A stretch of DNA of 64,000 nt, from NCBI GenBank assembly GCA_002269645.1, contig NIVC01000514.1, forward strand, positions 186,001-250,000, written 5' to 3'. Position 1 is the stretch's first letter. Each line of letters starts with the position of its first letter. Both the position numbers and the translations under genes were made by a program. The notes beneath the pieces are model-generated. The model ran no database searches, was not told where the DNA came from, and saw nothing but the letters and a program-made list of their open reading frames with translations. Shown here piece by piece: positions 57,214 to 64,000 of the stretch. This stretch comes from Macrostomum lignano. Lineage: Eukaryota.

Positions 57214-59564
57214 ATGCCAAGTGCCGTCATGGACACCCTGGCCGAGAGCTCGGCCCACGGCATCAGTCGAGTGGCCACCTCCCGCAGCCGGGTGATGAAG
57301 GTGATGTGGTTTCTGCTGTTCCTGCTCTTCTTGGCACTGTTTGTGCGCAGCGCCGTGACGCTGGTGATCCGTCTGAGGGGAGGCGGCCTGACCAAGTCGT
57401 TCGAGCTGGACAAAGTGCCCTTCGTGTTCCCGGACCTGTACTTCTGCCCCAACAATCCGTACTCTGGCAGCTACCCGCACGACCTGAGCCAGGCGGACGC
57501 GGAGCTGATCAACACCGCAATCACGAATCTCAGCGCCGAGTTCGATTCCCGTCTCGGACCGACGAGGTCGATTGAACTGCGAGCCCGTCTGGTGCAGAGC
57601 TCGCTGCCGGTGCACCTGTCCTACCGGCTCTTGGCTCAGCGCAGAGCCCAGTCGGTGCTGCAGACGACGGCGACGCCCACCATGGGGCCACAGTCCAGCT
57701 TCCCCATCTTTCCCAGGGTGCTGCCGTTTAGCCACCCGGTGAGTCTGGTCTGTTTCCAGCTGAGACTCACCGACAATGACCGGCGGAAAATTGTCGCGGA
57801 AAACTGGCAGGTGAACCTCCGCCTGTCCACCGACCCCTTCTTTGCCGAGTTCAACTATTCGGGCCTGAGTGTGGATCCGATTCGCAGCCCGGCAACCGGA
57901 GAGGAGGTGCCGCTGCAGGACTGGAGCATAAGCGTCGGCCGGGAGCGGCTGCAGGAGGCGGGCTTCACCATGCTGATCGTGCCGGTCGGCAGCTACCCGT
58001 CGTTCGCGCACGAGGCCAAGTTTCAGCTGGCGCCCAGTAACTCGTACTCGGTGGCGCTGAGCATGGAGGAGACTGAGTACAGCGAGGAGCTGCGCGGCCA
58101 GCAGTGCCAGGGCGACAGTGAGGCGGTGGACTTCAGCGATCACCTCACGGGCAGAAAGCTGACCTTTGCCTACAGCCCAGCCGCCTGCTACTATGAAAAC
58201 CTGGTGCGACTGGTGACTCAGGCCTACGGCTGCATGGTATTCAGCTTCCCGCTCACGTGGAGCCTGAGGAACACAACCAGGTAGGGGTTCTGTCTGTACA
58301 ACAAACTGTGAGTGACAGCAACTGACTTTAAACCGCATTGCGCATCGGAGCAGGTGCTTCAACATGAGCGAGACCGGCCGCGACCAGTTCAACGTAGTTC
58401 AGACAACAAAGACGAACTGGTCGGACTTGGACAGGCAGGTGCGGGAGGCCTGCCGCTCCCGGCAGCCGTGCCGCTACCAGCGCTACTCGGCCGAGTTCTC
58501 TTTCAGCCGCTGGCCCAGCATCGGCAGCTCCGTCGTGGCCCACTTCGCCGAGATGGGCAGCTCACCATACAGCACGCCAGCCACCAGACGCCTCATCGAC
58601 ATGGCCAGGTCGCTCCGGACGAGTGAGTAACCTTTGAAGCAGACTCAAACCAGTTTTTACGCATAGGTATCCGCTAATGATGCCTTGAAATAAATTGTCT
58701 TAAATTTGAAGTGCTCTGTGTACTTCCATGAGTCTGTTTCCCCTAAAATTACATTACCGCGAGGCACCCTGACCCATGTTTCACATCCAGGAAGTTGTTG
58801 TGTCGTGACTAACTAAGAACTAATATATTTACCAGGTAAGTATAGAACAAATTTTCATGGTTTCTATTGCAAATGCATTTTTCTCTATATTTCTACCGTT
58901 GGTAGTATCAAAAAAACTTTTTAGAAGATGGAGAATAAAATCGAGGTATATATACGAGTAGATAGTATATAATATTTGCATTTTTTTATTTTACCCAGCC
59001 ACATCTCACACTGCAAGTGGAACATTTTATTAGCTGGTACGCAAGCCAATCCATAGGTGAGTCCATGCTCAGCGGTTTGGACCAGCCGCTGAGAAAAACC
59101 GAACTCAGAGAAACTGGTCCCGAGCACACCAGAAGCCAATACGGACTCTCCCTTGTTTCAAAGTCAGAGTTGCAGGCCATTGATGGCCTCATCAACTATC
59201 AGCATAAAACCAACTCCGTCGCCCCTGATTCGCAGGGAACCACTCCGCCCACACGGAGGCCCAATTTCGCGCCTACCTGTCCGAGTCGCTGATCAACGTT
59301 CGCATTGTGGCCCGAAGCACCACCTCGCCGCAGGTGGTGATCTCGCCAGCGTACTCGGTCACGGCCTTCCTGGCAGACACTGGCGGCCTGCTGGGGCTGT
59401 ACGTCGGCTGCAGCCTGCTCACCCTGTGTGAGTTCTTTGAGCTGTTCTACCGACTGCTTTCGGGGGCGCTGCTGAAGCATCGGGGCGGCGCCCGCCCGGC
59501 AGAGCCTGAGGCGCCGCAGGGAGACAGCCAGCCGGACGCCAAGAATGACACCTCTGAAGCCTGA
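57214..59564 (+). CDS. DEG/ENaC (ASIC-like) sodium channel; exons 57214-58280 (or -58307), 58354-58622, 59236-59564
   Basis: SSAHG motif, TM1, FPDLYFCPNNP, Cys-rich thumb, and TM2 LADTGGLLGLYVGCSLLTLCEF with a G-x-S selectivity belt. Confidence 0.92.
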
Positions 59565-61513
59565 CGGCTCTGACAATTTACTCGTTTTTTAGAGTCGGGA
59601 TAGAGTTCGAGATAGACTTGGAGCCACTGAACTTTTAAGCAGACCCAGGCCTTTGTTCAGTAGACGGTGAACGCGTCTGACTCTCACGCCACGACCCCTG
59701 GTTGCTTGGACATGAAAATTGGGCCAATCCCCCAAGGCACCGAGAGTGCACATGTCTGACGATTAAAATATCCCGGCAGCCCTCCTGCGAAAATTTGTTG
59801 ATTTCTTTTTCACTGTGCGCAAACGAATCCCAAGAGGCCTTGCGACATCCGAGGCCTTTTGAGCCCGAGTTTTTAAGCAGACTTGTGTCTGAAATTTATT
59901 GCGTAGCGAATGATTAGTTGCTATGCCGCCAGTTATTATTGTTATTTATAATTCTAATTTTTGACTCTGTTGTGTCAGCTTGAACTGAGCCATGGTTTTT
60001 GTCGGATTATCATGCCACTGTGAAATTATTCAGAGCGGGGCCCCTTGCCTTGTTAGAATGGGAAATGACGGTGTGCCTAGGGTTGTTGGCATGGCCTCCG
60101 CAGTCCCCTTCAGAGGCCCGGAGAACAGCAAAGGCACTTTAGCAGCCGGAGGGGTCCTTACAGAGCCTGGCCCTCAGGCGGGTGATCTGTGACCACGGGC
60201 CTGTGGCGTCGGCCAACTTCTATTCAGCCCCGCTGTCCATATCCAATCCACGAAGCCCTGAAACCTACTGTCCAATCTACGGGATGGAAAGGGCGGATGC
60301 AAGATTTTTATTATTGAGTATTAACTAATTAATATTGCTTAATAAAGTACTCGGAAGGCGCCTGGCATGGAACGGGGTCAAGGGTCCCTTAGTTTTAGAA
60401 TGGCTTGAAAATTCTACCGTGCTTCACCAGCTATGCGTTATTTGCTCGAAGAGCTGATCCGACGTGACTCTTGTTTATACGACTGTTGACGACATGTATT
60501 TGTACACAAATACACATGTACAGTGTGCTTACAAGAAATGTACACCCTTGTATACAGGCGAACCGGGGGATGGTCACATCGTGTCTTGTAGCGGTAAAAT
60601 TAATGTCTAGAGTAGCGCTAAAATGGTCAGTTGGTCAGTGTCTGTAGCTGCACGGCTTGCACCATAAAATTACATGTACAATTTAATTCTGCTTTAGCAT
60701 CACTGAGCTAGCAAACCATATATCATCCGCACCCATATACATTGCCATTGTAATTGCCCACACAGCCAGTGTCTGGAGGACAGCTGCGCGATCGATGCAC
60801 TGGAAAACTAAAAACAAATAAAGAGAAGAATAAATAGTTGTAAATTTTGCCTATCACCTGCTGGCTGACGCTGTCATCCAGACCTAAGTACATGTACACA
60901 CCCAGGCCGTGCTTCGTGAACTTTTCGAGCTACATGTTACTGTATGCCGTATGCACAATATGCAGTGATATATACAACTTGTCAAGCTAAATAAATTGTC
61001 AGTAACAAAAATCAGTCTTGTTTTTTATTTTTTCTAATACAGACAAAAACATTGGACCTGGACCTACTGTTTTTAAAAGGAATCGTTAACATAGGTTATA
61101 CTTTCTTAGAAAGAGTTAGTGCAGTATTTTAACTTGTCACTGATTGTTATTTTTGTGCAATGGGGGGCGCCGCGCATCGAAAGTCGTAAACTCAAGCCTG
61201 AAGCCTCAAGGTCAAGGAGCACCACGGCAATTATCTGCGGACGATTTAGAATTAGGATTTTGCTAGTGTTATGGAATTAGGGTGTAGGATAGGACTTAAG
61301 TTAGGTATAAATTAATTAGACCATAAGAGTAGCCCTATCTTTGAGAGTAATCATATCATATCACATATGTTGCAGTCATTGTTGGATTTGTTGGCATTGC
61401 CAGTTAATTAGATAGATTAGCATTTGTTTGACTGGCAGTCAAATGGCTGGCAGTCAATTTCTCAGCAGTTAATGTTTGTCACTCAAATCGCAGCAGTCAA
61501 TTTGTTTCAGACC

Positions 61514-61846
61514 CATACATGTGCAACCTCCAAAATTCGGTCAGCCGTGCGACTTAGTTTTAACAAAAATGTTTTAACAAATGTTTTAATGTTTTAACAA
61601 TTTAACAAAAATAGTTTTTGGCCAAAAATGCGACTTACATATAAAAAAACCCAAAAGCAAAATTAACGCAACTTTGGGTAAACGGCAGGAGTAACTATGA
61701 CTGTTTTATTAAGCTAAAATGCCTCGTCAGCTACTTAGTACTACTACTTCGGTTATTTTTTGGGTGGGCATTTTTGCGACTTCCTTGATTGGCCGCCAAA
61801 TCGGTCGGCCGGATCGGCCGACTCGGCCGACTGTTGCGCATGTATG
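61514..61846. mobile_element. 333-bp MITE (hAT- or P-like)
   Basis: TIR CATACATGYGCAAC; 8-bp TSD TTCAGACC (61506-61513 and 61847-61854). Confidence 0.8.
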
Positions 61847-62222
61847 TTCAGACCTTTAATAATGGCCTAAGCTTAATTTTTAAAAATGATTTTGTCTTTA
61901 ATAAGGGTCACTAGGATATTAAGGTCAAGGAGATAGATTACATAATGAAATTAGATTATTTAAATGAAAAACACTTCCCTGAAGTGCAGATACTAGGGCC
62001 TATTACCTGCTTAAGCAGTTAGCACAGAGTCAATTGTTTTTATATGATGAATAATTGGTTTCAAATCTATTAGTATTATGTCATAGACGACATAGAGTTT
62101 ATATAGACTCAATAGCTACAAGTTGCAAATTAATAGTAGAGAAACAGTCATATACCAATTTATCTAATAGAAATCTTAAATCTGATATCTATTTATTATA
62201 AAATAGCTCAGTTCTTAATTGC

Positions 62223-62635
62223 CCATATTGCGGAAGGTTTTCTGTGTACGCCAGACACATTTTTATTGAATTTTCAATTGTACACCAACAGATTTTAAAT
62301 GTACACCAACTTAAAAAATGGTAAAAAAATCAACAAATATTTAAATTTAAATTCAAACTACAAAAAATGATAACCACATGACGATTGTCGTGACAATTCC
62401 AATAATTAAAATGATTGGTAAATGAGAAAATAGTAGCAGAAAAAAAGGTTTTTGAAATAACTTAACACAGAAAAAGCACAAAAAAATATTTATATTAATT
62501 TCTATGCCAGTCGCCATATACCACACTGTACGCCACACTGTACACAGCCAAGAAATGTATGCTGGTATATGTACACCATAGAAATCAAGTGTACGCGGGA
62601 ATTTTCCGGCGTATACCCCACTATCCGCAAAATGG
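62223..62635. mobile_element. 413-bp MITE
   Basis: TIR CCATWTTGCGGA, 8-bp TSD TTAATTGC (62215-62222 and 62636-62643), internal TGTACRCCA motifs. Confidence 0.72.
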
Positions 62636-62920
62636 TTAATTGCTAATATATTATATAACGCACTATTATATCTAGGCCTATTATATATTTTTAAAGATTC
62701 CTTTTTATAATAAATGTTAAATTTCTAAATAGGCCCTAAATTGAACAAAAAATTTGATAATCATTTAGTTTGTTATATTACACTAAAGTAGGCCTAATAA
62801 GAATTTTAGAAACTTATTTAAAATATGTTTCTATCATATTTAATAAATATTTATAATTCTATGCTATTTACTAGTATACAACTATTTATTTTTGTTTAAT
62901 ACTATTTATATTGTGCCAAA

Positions 62921-63268
62921 TATATCAAGGGCCTATCAACTTAAGCTTATAAAGTGAAACCCAAATAACCTATGTACACAAATTATGTCATTATGTTTAC
63001 AATGATACTAGAAAGCTGGATTTGACAAAAAATTATAAAAAAGGACTTGTGATAGAAGAGAACAAGCAAGGGGATAATTAAGGACTTTTATGTAAGATGA
63101 AATCTCAATAATTGTCTTTGCTTGTTCTCTTCTATCCCAGGTCTAATTTTTGTAATTTTTTGCCAAATCCAGCTTCCTAGTGTCACTGTGAGCAGAATGA
63201 CATATCATTTGTGTGCATAGATTACTTGGGCTCCACTTTATGAGCTTCAATTGCTAGGCCATTTATAT
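62921..63268. repeat. Long imperfect inverted repeat (foldback/old MITE), arms ~150 bp
   Basis: The left arm ...CTAGAAAGCTGGATTTGACAAAAAATTA...GATAGAAGAGAACAAGCAA is mirrored in the right arm. Confidence 0.8.
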
Positions 63269-63425
63269 GCTAGCTTCTGAGCCTTTATTTAAGTCTACTA
63301 GAACTTCTAAAATATTTTTATTTCTTGACTGGCTAATTTAGTGTTGGTGAAAAGAGAAATCATGAAGCCAATGCTTCTATTAAATTGATTTTGTCTCATT
63401 TGTTATCAATGCTTTTTATCCCCAG

Positions 63426-63658
63426 CAGTGCTGCATTCGCCATCAAGCCAGGCCCCATGATAAGCAGTTGCCAGGCCCTGCTTAGTGGCAAATGGAAAAA
63501 GCGACGCCGCCTGCTGCAGGCCACCCTATGGCTGGGCATGCAGATTGCAGGCAGCAGCTGCATGCACTACACTGCTCTCAATGTGATGCAGTGGGATGCC
63601 AGCTTCCAGTGGGCTGGCGGGGCTGCTCAGGGACTCAGCTATGCTCTGGTTATCAGCG
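63426..63658 (+). CDS. Candidate internal exon of an unidentified, probably membrane, protein
   Basis: TTTTTATCCCCAG acceptor, GTGAGC donor, a single open frame with hydrophobic segments. Confidence 0.4.
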
Positions 63659-63756
63659 GTGAGCTTGTGCCAACTGAACTTGAATACCTGATGTGGCACC
63701 TCATGCCATTGATTGGCGTCTCAGATCTGTGGCTGGGATTCATTCTCAATGCATAG

Positions 63757-64000
63757 TGGCGTCTCTCAGCTCCACAATGGCGTCTCTCAGATCCATAATG
63801 GCGCCTCTCCAATCCATGATGGCGCCTCTCCAATCCATAATGGCGCCTCTCCAATCCATGATGGCGCCTCTCCAATCCATAATGGCGCCTCTCCAATCCA
63901 TGATGGCGCCTCTCCAATCCATGATGGCGCCTCTTTAATCCATGATGGCGCCTCTCCAATCCATAATGGCGCCTCTCCAATCCATGATGGCGCCTCTCCA
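63757..64000. repeat. 21-bp minisatellite (CTCTCCAATCCATGATGGCGC), runs off the window
   Basis: Direct observation. Confidence 0.92.

Noticed and set aside
57178-58392. 404-aa minus-strand ORF
   Set aside because: Antisense shadow of the GC3-rich DEG/ENaC exon.

Overview
Eukaryotic (metazoan) genomic DNA with GC-rich exons, GTGAG-type donors and introns filled with minisatellites. This is most consistent with a free-living flatworm such as Macrostomum, which is an inference, not a database result. Host genes reconstructed by hand across splice sites: a RhoGEF-type RGS-like + C1 + SH3 gene (+, 4050-12331), a two-exon DUF6314 gene (+, ~16360-18511), a Fez-family zinc-finger gene (-, 20348-24258), an ependymin-related gene (+, 28134-40294), a DEG/ENaC channel (+, 57214-59564) and one orphan exon near the end. 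Mobile DNA: a Mag-like Ty3/Gypsy element at the left edge; a complete, very young 8.6-kb Ty3/Gypsy element in the ependymin intron (LTRs, CAGA TSD, tRNA-His PBS, PPT, -1 frameshift signal with pseudoknot); a 3-kb Mutator-like TIR element; a 12-kb head-to-tail concatemer of non-autonomous Helitrons; and several MITEs. The standout is the third ORF of the young Gypsy element. Where env would sit, it encodes a fusion of an HPD-less J-domain and a TatD-like barrel with its metal ligands replaced. Most long ORFs in the supplied track are artefacts of tandem repeats. All domain calls are from motif recognition by eye.
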